A stretch of DNA of 64,000 nt from an uncultured Chloroflexia bacterium (GTDB lineage: Bacteria > Chloroflexota > Limnocylindria > Limnocylindrales > CSP1-4). The DNA is taken from contig CAWJDE010000004.1 in the NCBI GenBank assembly GCA_963841545.1, positions 65,474 through 129,473 on the forward strand, given 5' to 3'. The notes beneath the pieces are model-generated. The model worked only from the letters and a program-made list of their open reading frames with translations. It made no database searches and was not told where the DNA came from. Positions within the stretch are counted from its first letter, which is position 1. Every line of letters starts with the position of its first letter. The translations under genes were made by a program, and so were the position numbers. This document shows, piece by piece, positions 1 through 8,658 of the stretch.

Positions 1-2033
1 AGGCCCTTGCCCGCGCGAAGGCGCTGGATCGACCGGTGTTCCTCTCGGTCGGCTATGCCGCCTGCCACTGGTGTCACGTCATGGAGCGCGAGTCGTTCGA
101 GGACGAGGCGACGGCCGCGCTGCTCAACGAGCACTTCGTGGCGATCAAGGTCGATCGCGAGGAGCGGCCCGACATCGATCAGCTCTACATGGGCGCCGTC
201 CAGGCGCTGACCGGCCAGGGTGGCTGGCCGATGAGCGTGTTCCTGACGCCGGACGGCCGGCCGTTCTACGGGGGGACCTACTTCCCGGGCACGGCGCACC
301 ATGGGCTTCCCTCGTTCCGCCAGGTCCTCGAGGGCGTGCGGCAGGCGTGGACGGGGCAGCGGGCCGAGGTCGAGCGAGCCGGGCAGCAGCTCGTCGCGGC
401 GCTGGTGCGGGCGCAGCGGACCGAGGCCGCCGGGGGGACGGCCACGGAGACGCCACCGTCGGCGGTGCTCGCGGCCGCCGCCGCCTCGGTCGCGGAGACG
501 TTCGATCCCGTCCACGGCGGGTGGGGGACGGCACCCAAGTTCCCGCAGCCGATGACGATCGAGCTCCTCCTCCGGCGCCATCTCGCGACCGGCGACGAAC
601 GCTGGCTGACCATCGCGCGCCGGAGCCTGGCGGCGATGGCAGCGGGCGGCATCCACGACCAGCTGGGTGGCGGCTTCCACCGCTATGCGACCGATGCCGC
701 CTGGCTGGTCCCGCACTTCGAGCAGATGCTGTACGACAACGCGCAGCTGGCGCGGGTGTACGCGCACGCGTGGGCGGTCACCGGCGATCCCGAGCTGCTC
801 GGGACGGCGACCGGGGTGCTGGACTACCTGTTGCGCGAGCTCCGGACACCGGACGGCGCGTTCGCGGCCAGCCAGGACGCCGACACGGGTGGCGAGGAGG
901 GCGCCACCTTCACCTGGACCGCGACGGAGATCCGGGCGGCGCTGGGTGACGCGTATCCGGCGTTTGCCGCCGCCTACGGCGTCACCGAGACCGGCAACTG
1001 GGAGGGGCGCACGATCCTCTCGCGCGTGGCGGACGACGCCGCCGTCGGCGACCGGCTGGGCATGCCGGCGAGCGAGGTCGGCCCCGCCCTGACCGCCGCC
1101 CGTGCGGCCCTGCTCGACCATCGCTCGCGGCGCGCCCAGCCGGCCCGTGACGACAAGGTGCTGGCCGGCTGGAACGGGCTCGCCATCGCGGCGTTCGCAG
1201 ACACGGCGCGCGCCTTGCGCGGATCGGGTGATCCGGACCTGGCGGAGCGTGGGACGCGCTACCTGGCGGCCGCGACGGCGGCCGCCGAAGCCGTGCTCGG
1301 CGGGCTGCTGACCGCCGACGGACGCCTGCGTCGATCGTGGAAGGACGGCCGCGCCACCGCCGACGGCGTCCTGGCCGATCACGCCTGCCTCGCAGACGGC
1401 CTGCTCGCCCTGTACGAGGCCGGTCACGACGAGCGCTGGTACCGCCAGACGGTTGCCCTGGCGGAGGTGATCCTCGCCCGGTTCCCGGATCCGGCCGGTG
1501 GCTTCTACGACACCCCCGACGACGGTGAGCCGCTGGTCGTGCGGCCACGTGACGTGCAGGACAACGCGACGCCGTCGGGCAACGCGATGGCGACGACCGT
1601 GCTGCTCCGGCTGGCGGCCCTCACGGGCGAGGCCCGGTATCGCGCGGCCGCCGACGCGGCGCTCGCAACCGTCGCCGGGGTCGTCGGCCGATACCCGACC
1701 GCGTTCGCGCAGTGGCTGTGTGCGCTGGAGCTCCGCGAGGCGGGGATCACCGAGATCGCGATCGTCGGCGGGCCCGCCGACGACGCCGCAGGAGCGCGCG
1801 GGGCCGGCGACGACGGCGTCGGGCGACTGCTCGGGGTGGCCGATCGCGGCTATCACCCGTTCCGGGTCCTCGCCGCGTCCGCAGCATCGGAGACATCGGC
1901 GGTACCGCTGCTCCGGGGCCGCTTCGCGCTCCAGGGGCATGCGACGGCCTTCGTGTGTCAGGACTTCTCGTGCCGGCTGCCGGTCGACCAGCCGGAGGCG
2001 CTCGAGGCGCTGCTGCTCGAGGCCGGTGGCTGA
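1..2033 (+). CDS. Thioredoxin-domain protein, YyaL/DUF255 family (N-terminal thioredoxin fold plus a C-terminal six-hairpin region); 5' end lies outside the window
   Basis: The translation carries the DUF255 signature 'SVGYAACHWCHVMERESFEDEATAALLNEHFVAIKVDREERPDIDQLYM'. The reading frame is open to the first base of the window (...ALARAKALDRPVF precedes the listed GTG). The ORF ends at 2033. Confidence 0.8.
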   Translation, partial: ALARAKALDRPVFLSVGYAACHWCHVMERESFEDEATAALLNEHFVAIKVDREERPDIDQLYMGAVQALTGQGGWPMSVFLTPDGRPFYGGTYFPGTAHHGLPSFRQVLEGVRQAWTGQRAEVERAGQQLVAALVRAQRTEAAGGTATETPPSAVLAAAAASVAETFDPVHGGWGTAPKFPQPMTIELLLRRHLATGDERWLTIARRSLAAMAAGGIHDQLGGGFHRYATDAAWLVPHFEQMLYDNAQLARVYAHAWAVTGDPELLGTATGVLDYLLRELRTPDGAFAASQDADTGGEEGATFTWTATEIRAALGDAYPAFAAAYGVTETGNWEGRTILSRVADDAAVGDRLGMPASEVGPALTAARAALLDHRSRRAQPARDDKVLAGWNGLAIAAFADTARALRGSGDPDLAERGTRYLAAATAAAEAVLGGLLTADGRLRRSWKDGRATADGVLADHACLADGLLALYEAGHDERWYRQTVALAEVILARFPDPAGGFYDTPDDGEPLVVRPRDVQDNATPSGNAMATTVLLRLAALTGEARYRAAADAALATVAGVVGRYPTAFAQWLCALELREAGITEIAIVGGPADDAAGARGAGDDGVGRLLGVADRGYHPFRVLAASAASETSAVPLLRGRFALQGHATAFVCQDFSCRLPVDQPEALEALLLEAGG

Positions 2034-2044
2034 TCCGGCATCCG

Positions 2045-2590
2045 ATGAGCGAGATGAGCGAGGTCCACGAGGTCCACGAGGTCCACGAGATTCGCGAGGC
2101 GCGCCCCGACGAGCTGGAGGCAGCCGGCGAGGTGGTCGTCGAGGCGTACCTGGCGCTTCCGGGCGACCCGCATCGCCCCTACCTCGCCCGGGTGCGGGAT
2201 GCCGCCGGCCGGGCGCGTCATTGCCCGGTGCTGGTCGCCGTGGGCGCGGACGGGCGCGTGGTCGGCTCGGTGACCTACGTTCCTGGGCCCGGCAACCCGT
2301 TCGCCGAGCAGGAGCGGGAGGGCGAAGCCGGGTTCCGCATGCTCGGCGTGGCGCCGGATACCCAGGGCCAGGGGATCGGACGTCGGCTCGTCGAGGCGTG
2401 CATCGAGCGTGCGCACGCGGCCGGGCGGACCGGAATCGTGATCCTGACCACGCCCGTGATGACGTCCGCCCACGCGCTGTATCGCAGCCTCGGGTTCGTG
2501 CGGGTGCCGGAGCGGGACCCCGACCCACCGCCCGGTGTCCGGCTGCTGGCGTTTCGGCTCGACCTCGACCGGTCCCCGGATGGCGGCTGA
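2045..2590 (+). CDS. GNAT family N-acetyltransferase
   Basis: The ATG at 2045 is residue 112 of the 1712 ORF. An acetyl-CoA-binding motif 'QGQGIGRRLVEACIERAHAAGRTGIVILTT' is present. The N-terminus contains an 'EVHEVHEVHE' repeat. Confidence 0.75.
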   Translation: MSEMSEVHEVHEVHEIREARPDELEAAGEVVVEAYLALPGDPHRPYLARVRDAAGRARHCPVLVAVGADGRVVGSVTYVPGPGNPFAEQEREGEAGFRMLGVAPDTQGQGIGRRLVEACIERAHAAGRTGIVILTTPVMTSAHALYRSLGFVRVPERDPDPPPGVRLLAFRLDLDRSPDGG

Positions 2591-2717
2591 CCGGCCGCCC
2601 CGCGGTGCCGGCGACCGACCTCGACCGGTCCGCGGCTGATCGGCCGCCCCCGGTGCCGGCGACCGACCTCGACCGGTCCGCGGATGGCGGCTGACCGGCC
2701 GCCCCGGGTGCCGGCGA
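2559..2717. repeat. Direct tandem repeat, 3 copies of about 55 bp (cgacctcgaccggtccGcggatggcggctgaccggccgcccc..ggtgccggcgac), MIRU-like. It contains the GNAT stop codon in copy 1 and the identical 'atggcggctga' putative start in copy 3
   Basis: Three consecutive near-identical units are directly visible in the sequence, and copy 2 carries a small deletion. Confidence 0.8.
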
Positions 2718-4126
2718 CCGGCGACGGCCGGCGGGAGCGGTCCCGCAACCCGTCTCCCGGCCCGATCCGTCTCGCCGCGACGGTGGTCGTCATGCGGGAC
2801 GGCCACGACGGTCCCGAGGTCCTGCTGACCCGCCGGCCCTCGACGATGGCGTTCGGGCCCGGGCTGCACGTCTTCCCCGGCGGCGCCCTGGATCCCGCCG
2901 ACCACGATCCGCTGCTGCTGGCCCGGCTTCGTGGCGGGCAGGCGCTGCCGTCGTTCCACGCGGGCTCGTTCGCGGTGGCGGCGATCCGCGAGCTGTTCGA
3001 GGAGGCCGGGATCCTGCTGGCCACCGGGCCGACGGGGGTGGAGGCGGACCCGGCTGCGCTCGCCGCGGCCATGGACCAAGGGCCGGCCGCCCTCGCCGCG
3101 GCAATGGACGAAGGGCCGGCTGCCCTCGCCCCGGCCATGGAAGGACCGGCCGCCCGCCCCGCACCGGCCATGGACCAAGGGCCGGCCGCCCGCCCCGCAC
3201 CGGCGCGGCAGCCACCGGGGGCGTTCTCCGCGGCCGTGCTCCGCGCGGGGCTCGACCTCCGCGCCGACTGGCTCGTGCCACTGTCACGCTGGGTGACGCC
3301 CCCGGTCGTCCCGCGCCGGTTCGACGCCCGGTTCTTCGTCGCGTGCCTCCCCGAGGGCTGCGTCCCGACGTTCGACCCGCGCGAGGTGGCGGATCACGCG
3401 TGGATGACGCCGCGGGCCGCGCTCGAGGCGATGGCCGACGGACGGATCGAGCTGTGGACGCCGACCAGCACGACCCTCCAGCAGCTGGCGGCGGCGCGCG
3501 GTCTCGACGATGTCCGGCACCACCTGGCCGCCGATCCATCGGCCGGCGGACCGGCGGCGCCGGTCATGGATCGTCCCGCCCCATCGATCGCCAGGATCCG
3601 CTTCGCGGGCGCGGGCGGCATCGCCGGCCAGACCGTCGACACCTTTCTTGTGGGTCGTCGGCGGCTGGTCGTGGTCGATCCGGGCGATCCGAGCGACGCG
3701 GCGGCCGAGGAGATCGCCGCCATCGTCGCGCGCCTCGGAGCCCGGCTGGCCGGGGTCCTGCTCACCGCGCCCGTGCCGGACCACGCGGGCGGGGCGGAGG
3801 GACTCTCCCTCCGGCTCGGCATTCCGGTGCTGGCGGCGCGAGGCGCCCGGCGCGTCCTGGTGAGCGACATCGAGCCGGTGGTCGACGGTCAGCTCATCGA
3901 CCTCGCCGATGTGCCGATCCACGCCCACGCGAGCCCCGGCACGCACCCGGATCACGTGGCCTACGAGGTGCCCGAGGCGGGGGTGGTGCTGGTGGGCGAC
4001 CTCGACGGCCCGGGTCCGGCGCGGGCGATCCCCGAGGCCGTCGACCAGGCTGCGCTTGACGCGTCGAGGCGCGCGATCGACCTGCTGGATTCGCGGGTGC
4101 GCCTCGCCGCGCACCGCTGGCTCTAG
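2684..4126 (+). CDS. Two-domain fusion protein: N-terminal NUDIX hydrolase with a C-terminal metallo-beta-lactamase (MBL)-fold hydrolase. The start is uncertain; an alternative GTG lies at 2708
   Basis: A Nudix box 'AAIRELFEEAGILLA' follows a beta-strand 'AATVVVMRDG..EVLLTRR'. The C-terminal half has MBL-type motifs ('VLLTAPVPDHAGG', 'HAHASPGTHPDHVAY'). The ATG at 2684 sits inside repeat copy 3, so the true start may lie downstream. Confidence 0.65.
   Translation: MAADRPPRVPATGDGRRERSRNPSPGPIRLAATVVVMRDGHDGPEVLLTRRPSTMAFGPGLHVFPGGALDPADHDPLLLARLRGGQALPSFHAGSFAVAAIRELFEEAGILLATGPTGVEADPAALAAAMDQGPAALAAAMDEGPAALAPAMEGPAARPAPAMDQGPAARPAPARQPPGAFSAAVLRAGLDLRADWLVPLSRWVTPPVVPRRFDARFFVACLPEGCVPTFDPREVADHAWMTPRAALEAMADGRIELWTPTSTTLQQLAAARGLDDVRHHLAADPSAGGPAAPVMDRPAPSIARIRFAGAGGIAGQTVDTFLVGRRRLVVVDPGDPSDAAAEEIAAIVARLGARLAGVLLTAPVPDHAGGAEGLSLRLGIPVLAARGARRVLVSDIEPVVDGQLIDLADVPIHAHASPGTHPDHVAYEVPEAGVVLVGDLDGPGPARAIPEAVDQAALDASRRAIDLLDSRVRLAAHRWL
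3052..3195 (+). repeat. In-frame tandem repeat, about 4 units of 33–36 bp, encoding 'AAAMDQGPAALAAAMDEGPAALAPAMEGPAARPAPAMDQGPAARPAPA' within the Nudix–MBL gene
   Basis: The DNA units 'gccatggaccaagggccggccgccc..' repeat directly and the encoded peptide is a low-complexity Ala/Pro linker. Confidence 0.6.
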
Positions 4127-4150
4127 CGCCCCGGCTGCAGCGCGGGGCGC
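4126..4150. terminator. Candidate bidirectional stem-loop between the convergent Nudix–MBL gene and tatA: GCGCCCCG, a 9-nt loop, then CGGGGCGC
   Basis: An inverted repeat lies at 4126–4133 and 4143–4150, and the loop 'gctgcagcg' is itself partly self-complementary. It sits between two converging stop codons (4126 and 4196). No U-tract is present. Confidence 0.3.
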
Positions 4151-4195
4151 CACGATACGCCGGACGGCATCGGCGCCACCGGCAGCGCCGCGGAC

Positions 4196-4375
4196 TCAGG
4201 ACGGCGTGTCGCCGCCCTTGTCCGTCACGTCCGACTTGATCTCCTCGATCTCCTTGCGCGCCTCGCGCACACCCTGGCCGAAGGCCCGGCCGATCAGGGG
4301 GAGCGTCTTCGGGCCGCGCCAGATGATGACCACGATCAGCACGATGATCAGGACGATGACGAGGTCGGAGCCCAT
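4196..4375 (-). CDS. tatA: Twin-arginine translocase subunit TatA/E
   Basis: This 59-aa minus-strand ORF is absent from the ORF track (below its 60-aa cut-off). Its translation is 'MGSDLVIVLIIVLIVVIIWRGPKTLPLIGRAFGQGVREARKEIEEIKSDVTDKGGDTPS', with a TM helix followed by the 'FG..GK..ELG' amphipathic pattern typical of TatA. Confidence 0.8.
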   Translation of the reverse strand: MGSDLVIVLIIVLIVVIIWRGPKTLPLIGRAFGQGVREARKEIEEIKSDVTDKGGDTPS

Positions 4376-4379
4376 GGGC

Positions 4380-4620
4380 GGATGGTAACAGCCGCCACGC
4401 CCGAGGGTCGCCGATGCTTCGACACGAGGGTCGCCGATGCTCGCCGGGCCTCGCCGGGCCTCGCCGGGCTACCTGGGCCGCGCTCCACCTGGGCCGCGCT
4501 CGCGACCTGGGCCGCGCTCCACCTGGGCCGCGCTCCACGCGAGCCGTGCATCGGACCGAGCCGTGCATCGGAGCACGGTCGCGGGACCTTTGCAGCGGTC
4601 CAACCGGGCCAGAAGTCATG
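4380..4620. repeat. Intergenic cluster of short tandem repeats: (gggtcgccgatgct)x2, (cgccgggcct)x3, (cctgggccgcgctc[cac])x4, (gagccgtgcatcgga)x2
   Basis: These motifs repeat directly in the sequence upstream of the acyl-CoA synthetase gene. Confidence 0.6.
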
Positions 4621-4877
4621 CAGCGTCACGGAATCACGGGCCTTTGGGCACGTGGAACCGGAGGAGGCGTGGCCGAAACTCATGGTCAAACAGCCAACAC
4701 CTTCGGCGGTGCGGAGCAACCTCCCCCTCCCCCCGCATCGCCGAAACCGGGCACACGAACCGGCGGGCACCCCCTGGCCCGCCGGTTCGTCCTTGTTCGC
4801 GAGGGTCTGCGTCCCCCGCCCGTCGCCGCGTTCCCGTTCCCGGTCGGGCATGCTGCCCGGGGGTAGGCTGTCGCGCG

Positions 4878-7202
4878 ATGACCACTGCCCCGTCGACTCC
4901 CGGGATCGACCTCGAGCGAGCTCGCGCGATCGTCGCCGAGGCGCGCGCCGCGTACCGTACGACGCTCCTCGAGCCCGAGGCTCGCGAGATCCTCGAGGCG
5001 ATCGGGATCGCCGTCCCGCGCGCCGCGTTCGTGCCCGTGAACGCCCGGGGCGAGGTCGATCCGGGCGAGGTCGACCGGGCGATTGCGGGCCTCGACGGCG
5101 ATCGGGTGGTGGTGCGGGTCGTCGCGCCGTCGGTGGTCCACAAGACCGAGGTCGGTGGGGTCGCCGTGATCGCACGCGAGGCGGCTCCCGTGCGCGCCAC
5201 GATCGAGGCGATGCAGACCCGGCTGGGTGCCGCCGGCATCGTCGACGTCGACGGCTTCATGATCGCCCAGCACGTGGCCCACGATCCTGGGCTCGGCGGC
5301 GAGCTGCTGGCGTCCGTGCGCTGGACCCCCGATGCGGGTCCGGTGGTCAGCGTCGGCGTCGGTGGCACCGAGGCCGAGGCCATCGCCGCCGATCTCGTCC
5401 CGGGACGGGAGATCGCGATCCTGTCGCCCGCGCTGACGCCGGCAGGAGCCGAGCCCACCGTGCTCCGTGCCGCGACGGCGGTCCGGCTGGCGACCACCTC
5501 ACAGCGTGGCCGGCCAGCCAGGCTCCCGATGGACACGCTGCTCGACGCCGTGCGCCGCCTGCTCGCCTTCGCGGACGCCTGCGTCCCCGACGACCTCGAG
5601 GAGCTCGAGATCAATCCGCTGGTGGTCGCGGACGGACGGCTGGTGGCGCTCGACGTGCTCGCCTCGATCGGGGTGGGGGAGGCGGGCACCTCCCGGCACC
5701 GGACGCCGGCGGGCCGGACCGTCGCCCATCCGCGGCCGGTGGCCAAGCTGTCGAAGCTGCTCGAGCCGGCGTCGATCGCGATCATCGGCGTGTCGGCGTC
5801 GATGAACCCCGGGCACGTCATCCTGCGCAACCTGCTGCGCGACGGGTTCTCCGCCGATCGGATCACCGTCGTCAAACCGGGCGCCGAGTCGATCGACGGC
5901 TGCCGCTGCGTGCCCGATCTCGCGTCGCTGCCCGCGAAGGTGGATCTGTTCGTCGTCGCCGTCTCCGCCGCGCAGGCTGCGGAGGTGGTGACCACCGTGA
6001 TCGAGCGCCATGCCGCGGAGACGATCCTGGTGATCCCCGGCGGCCTCGAGGAGAAGCGTGGGAGCGAGGCGATCGTCGCCCGGATGCGGGCGGCCCTCGA
6101 GACGTCGCGCTCACGGCGGGACGGTGGTCCGCTGCTCAACGGCGGCAACTGCCTCGGCTTCCGGTCCGTTCCTGGACGCATCGACACGATGTTCATCCCG
6201 GCAACCAAGCTGGCCGCGCCGGCCGAGCCCACGGCACCCATGGCCCTGATCGCGCAGAGCGGCGCGTTCGCGATCGCGCGGCTCGGCCGGCTGCCCGATC
6301 TCCACCCCCGCTACCTGATCACGGTTGGCAACCAGATGGACCTCACGGTCGGCGACCACGTCGCCCATCTCGCCGACGATCCGTCGATCCGGGTGTTCGG
6401 CGTGTACGTCGAGGGCTTCCGCCCGCTCGATGCGCGCCGGACGCTCGAGGCCTCGGCCCGGATCCGCGCCCGCGGGGGCACGGTCGTGCTCTACCACGCG
6501 GGCCGCACCGCCGCGGGCGCGACGGCGTCGGCCAGCCACACGGCCTCGATCGCGTCCGACGTGACGGTGGTCCGAGCGCTGGCGCGGCAGGTCGGCGTGC
6601 TCGTGGCCGACACGCTCGAGGACTTCGACGATCTGGTCCGGACCGCGACCCTCCTCGCCGGTCGCGCGATCGAGGGCCGTCGCCTGGGGGCGATCTCCAA
6701 CGCCGGCTTCGAATGCGTGGCGATCGGCGACAACCTGGGCTCGCTCTCGCTCGCCGAGCTCGACGGTCCGACCCGCGGACGTCTGGGCGAGCTGCTCGCC
6801 GGCGCCGGCGCGGGCAGCGTGGTCGATGTCCACAACCCGATCGACGCCACCCCGATGGCCGACGACGCCGTCTTCGCCGGCCTCACCGAGACGATCTTCG
6901 CCGCACCCGGGGTCGACGTGGGTGCCGTGGGGATCGTGCCGCTCACCGCGGCGCTGCGGACGTTGCCCGCCGGACGGGGCCACGACGAGGACCTGGCGGC
7001 CCCCGATGCCGTCGCCGCCCGCCTGGTCGAGCTGTGGGCCCGGACGTCGCTCGCGTGGGTGGCGATCGTCGACGGTGGCGCGCGTTACGAGCCGTTCATC
7101 GCCGCGCTCGAAGCCGGGGGAATCCCCGTGTTCCGCACCGCCGACCGCGCGATGCGCGCCCTCGACGCGGTCGTCCGGCACCGGCTGGACGCCCCCGCCT
7201 GA
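4878..7202 (+). CDS. NDP-forming acyl-CoA synthetase / ADP-forming acetate–CoA ligase family protein. It is a fused protein with an N-terminal ATP-grasp domain followed by CoA-binding and CoA-ligase domains
   Basis: The ATG at 4878 is residue 148 of the 4437 ORF. The N-terminal half is ATP-grasp-like ('VVVRVVAPSVVHKTEVGGV'). It is followed by a succinyl-CoA-synthetase-alpha-like CoA-binding domain ('IAIIGVSASMNPGHVILRNLL', 'LNGGNCLGF'). Confidence 0.8.
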   Translation: MTTAPSTPGIDLERARAIVAEARAAYRTTLLEPEAREILEAIGIAVPRAAFVPVNARGEVDPGEVDRAIAGLDGDRVVVRVVAPSVVHKTEVGGVAVIAREAAPVRATIEAMQTRLGAAGIVDVDGFMIAQHVAHDPGLGGELLASVRWTPDAGPVVSVGVGGTEAEAIAADLVPGREIAILSPALTPAGAEPTVLRAATAVRLATTSQRGRPARLPMDTLLDAVRRLLAFADACVPDDLEELEINPLVVADGRLVALDVLASIGVGEAGTSRHRTPAGRTVAHPRPVAKLSKLLEPASIAIIGVSASMNPGHVILRNLLRDGFSADRITVVKPGAESIDGCRCVPDLASLPAKVDLFVVAVSAAQAAEVVTTVIERHAAETILVIPGGLEEKRGSEAIVARMRAALETSRSRRDGGPLLNGGNCLGFRSVPGRIDTMFIPATKLAAPAEPTAPMALIAQSGAFAIARLGRLPDLHPRYLITVGNQMDLTVGDHVAHLADDPSIRVFGVYVEGFRPLDARRTLEASARIRARGGTVVLYHAGRTAAGATASASHTASIASDVTVVRALARQVGVLVADTLEDFDDLVRTATLLAGRAIEGRRLGAISNAGFECVAIGDNLGSLSLAELDGPTRGRLGELLAGAGAGSVVDVHNPIDATPMADDAVFAGLTETIFAAPGVDVGAVGIVPLTAALRTLPAGRGHDEDLAAPDAVAARLVELWARTSLAWVAIVDGGARYEPFIAALEAGGIPVFRTADRAMRALDAVVRHRLDAPA

Positions 7203-7204
7203 CG

Positions 7205-7480
7205 CGCGCCGGCCCGCTGATGCCCCTCGGCTCGCCGATCCGCTCGGCCCGCAGCCCCCTAGGCCGATGCCCCTGGGCCCGCAGACCCGCTCGGCCGGCA
7301 GATGCCCCTCGGCCCGCAGATGCCCTCGGCCCGATCCACTCGGCCCGCAGCCCCCTGGGCCCGCAGATCCCTCGGCCCGCCGATCCTCGGGCCCCGATGC
7401 CGCTCTGGATGCCCTGGGTGGCTCTGATGCCCGGAGTGGCTCTGATGCGCCGGATGCCGCGGATCACCCCCCGCTGACAC
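7205..7480. repeat. Degenerate tandem array of 12–15-bp units (…ctcggcccgcagNNccc…) immediately downstream of the synthetase gene
   Basis: About 12 imperfect copies of 'gatgcccctcggcccgcag'-like units are visible in the sequence. Confidence 0.55.
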
Positions 7481-7502
7481 CCGGGCTCGGGCCGGCCCGT
7501 CG

Positions 7503-8246
7503 TCATCGGCCCACCGCGATGCCCCGTGGCGGCCCCTCGAGCAGGCGAGCGTGGCCTCGCTCGACGGCGGCCCAGATCAGCGCCGCGCCCGGCCAGGGCA
7601 CAGTGCCGCGCAGGGAAGCGAGCGCCTCCTCGACGCGCGCGGGACAGGCCGCCGCCAGGGTTCCGGCGCCCGCGCGCACGGCGTCCCGCATCGCCGCCGT
7701 GTTCCTCACAACCAGCAACCGTCCGACCGCGCGCCCTTCGAGATCCGGAAGGGCGGCCAGGGCGTCGGTCTTCTGGGCCGCCCACCGCACCTGCTGCTCG
7801 ACCCGCCGAAGCTGGCTGTGGATCTCCGTCGCAACCGCGTCCGCACCGGACCGGTCGCGGAGCACGAGGTCGATCACGCCGCGGACAGGCCGGTAGACGG
7901 GGACCTCCGGCGCGACCTGCCAGCGCGGATGGAGGGCCGCGATCAGCGCCTCGCTCATGGCGATCTGGAGGCGGTCCCGGATGCGCGGGCCCGTGTTGGG
8001 GAACAGCCGGACGGAGAGGTCCGCGCCGAGCGCCTCGCCGATCGCCAGGAGCACCTCCAGGCTCGGTTCGGCTGTGCCGGCCTCGATTGCGGAGAGATGC
8101 GACTGGGCGACGCCGGACGCACGTGCGACCGCCGCCTGGGACCTGCCGGCATCCTCCCGCAACCGTCGGAGCTCGAGGCCGAGTGCCCGAAACAGGTCGC
8201 GGCGACGGCCCCGGAGCTGGCGGCGGTTCACGATCGACGTTGTCAT
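7503..8246 (-). CDS. Helix-turn-helix (XRE family) transcriptional regulator
   Basis: An N-terminal HTH is present ('LRRLREDAGRSQAAVARASGVAQSHLSAIEAG'). The ORF is 247 aa. Confidence 0.7.
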   Translation of the reverse strand: MTTSIVNRRQLRGRRRDLFRALGLELRRLREDAGRSQAAVARASGVAQSHLSAIEAGTAEPSLEVLLAIGEALGADLSVRLFPNTGPRIRDRLQIAMSEALIAALHPRWQVAPEVPVYRPVRGVIDLVLRDRSGADAVATEIHSQLRRVEQQVRWAAQKTDALAALPDLEGRAVGRLLVVRNTAAMRDAVRAGAGTLAAACPARVEEALASLRGTVPWPGAALIWAAVERGHARLLEGPPRGIAVGR

Positions 8247-8289
8247 CGCTGCCAGTGAACGCTTTGCGTCTCAACCGCCACTCAACCGG

Positions 8290-8585
8290 CCGTCACCCGG
8301 GTTTTCGGGGCCGCTTGATCGCCACAGGCGATCAGATCGGGCGCTGGGCTACGTCTACAGCTGCCTCGGTCGCAAAGCGTTCGCCCGTGGCGATCGGGCG
8401 ATGGGCGGTGGGCGATCGGGCGGTGGGCTTTGGCGAGGGGCGACAGGGCGACACGATGGGGCGATCGGGGCGACGGGCAATAGGGCGACGGGGCGATCGA
8501 CGGGCGGTGGGGCGATCGTCGATGGGCGACGGGGCGATCGTCGGTGGGCGAATGGCGACGGGCGGCGGGGCGCTCGTCGATGGGC
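8290..8585. repeat. Degenerate tandem repeats of 'gggcgatcg / gggcgacgg / gtgggcg' units between the HTH regulator and lhr
   Basis: Many consecutive units such as '(g)gggcgatcgNcgggcggtg' are seen directly in the sequence. Confidence 0.5.
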
Positions 8586-8609
8586 TATGGCGACGGCGGT
8601 CGGCGCGGC

Positions 8610-8658
8610 AACAGAACATCTGTACGAAATAGGTGTCGCGCCCTATACTCGCGGTCCC
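8610..8658 (+). promoter_or_regulatory. Candidate promoter and SOS-box-like palindrome upstream of lhr: 'aGAACatctGTaCGa' (8615–8630), then a 17-bp spacer, then a TATACT -10 element (8646–8651) only 7 bp before the GTG at 8659, which suggests a leaderless start
   Basis: This is a low-GC island in a 73% GC background. It resembles the Gram-positive/mycobacterial LexA box GAAC-N4-GTTC with one mismatch. Confidence 0.3.

Noticed and set aside
1958-3178. Long antisense ORFs throughout the track, for example 1958..3178 -, 4634..6241 -, 8332..10758 -, 26833..29697 -, 30573..32363 -, 34639..39789 +, 4382..7477 + and 11034..14282 + upstream of nei
   Set aside because: In 73% GC DNA stop codons are rare in every frame. 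These ORFs are Arg/Pro/Gly-rich, lack recognisable motifs, and lie opposite or out of frame to well-supported genes. They are treated as non-coding.
4380-8585. CRISPR arrays as an explanation for the intergenic repeat clusters
   Set aside because: The repeats are short (9–15 bp), degenerate and directly tandem, with no unique spacer sequences of regular length. No cas genes are nearby.
7957-8586. N-terminal 210-aa extension of the lhr ORF
   Set aside because: This region overlaps the antisense HTH regulator gene and the repeat-filled intergenic spacer. The Lhr homology begins only at about 8659, and a promoter-like element sits at 8610–8651.
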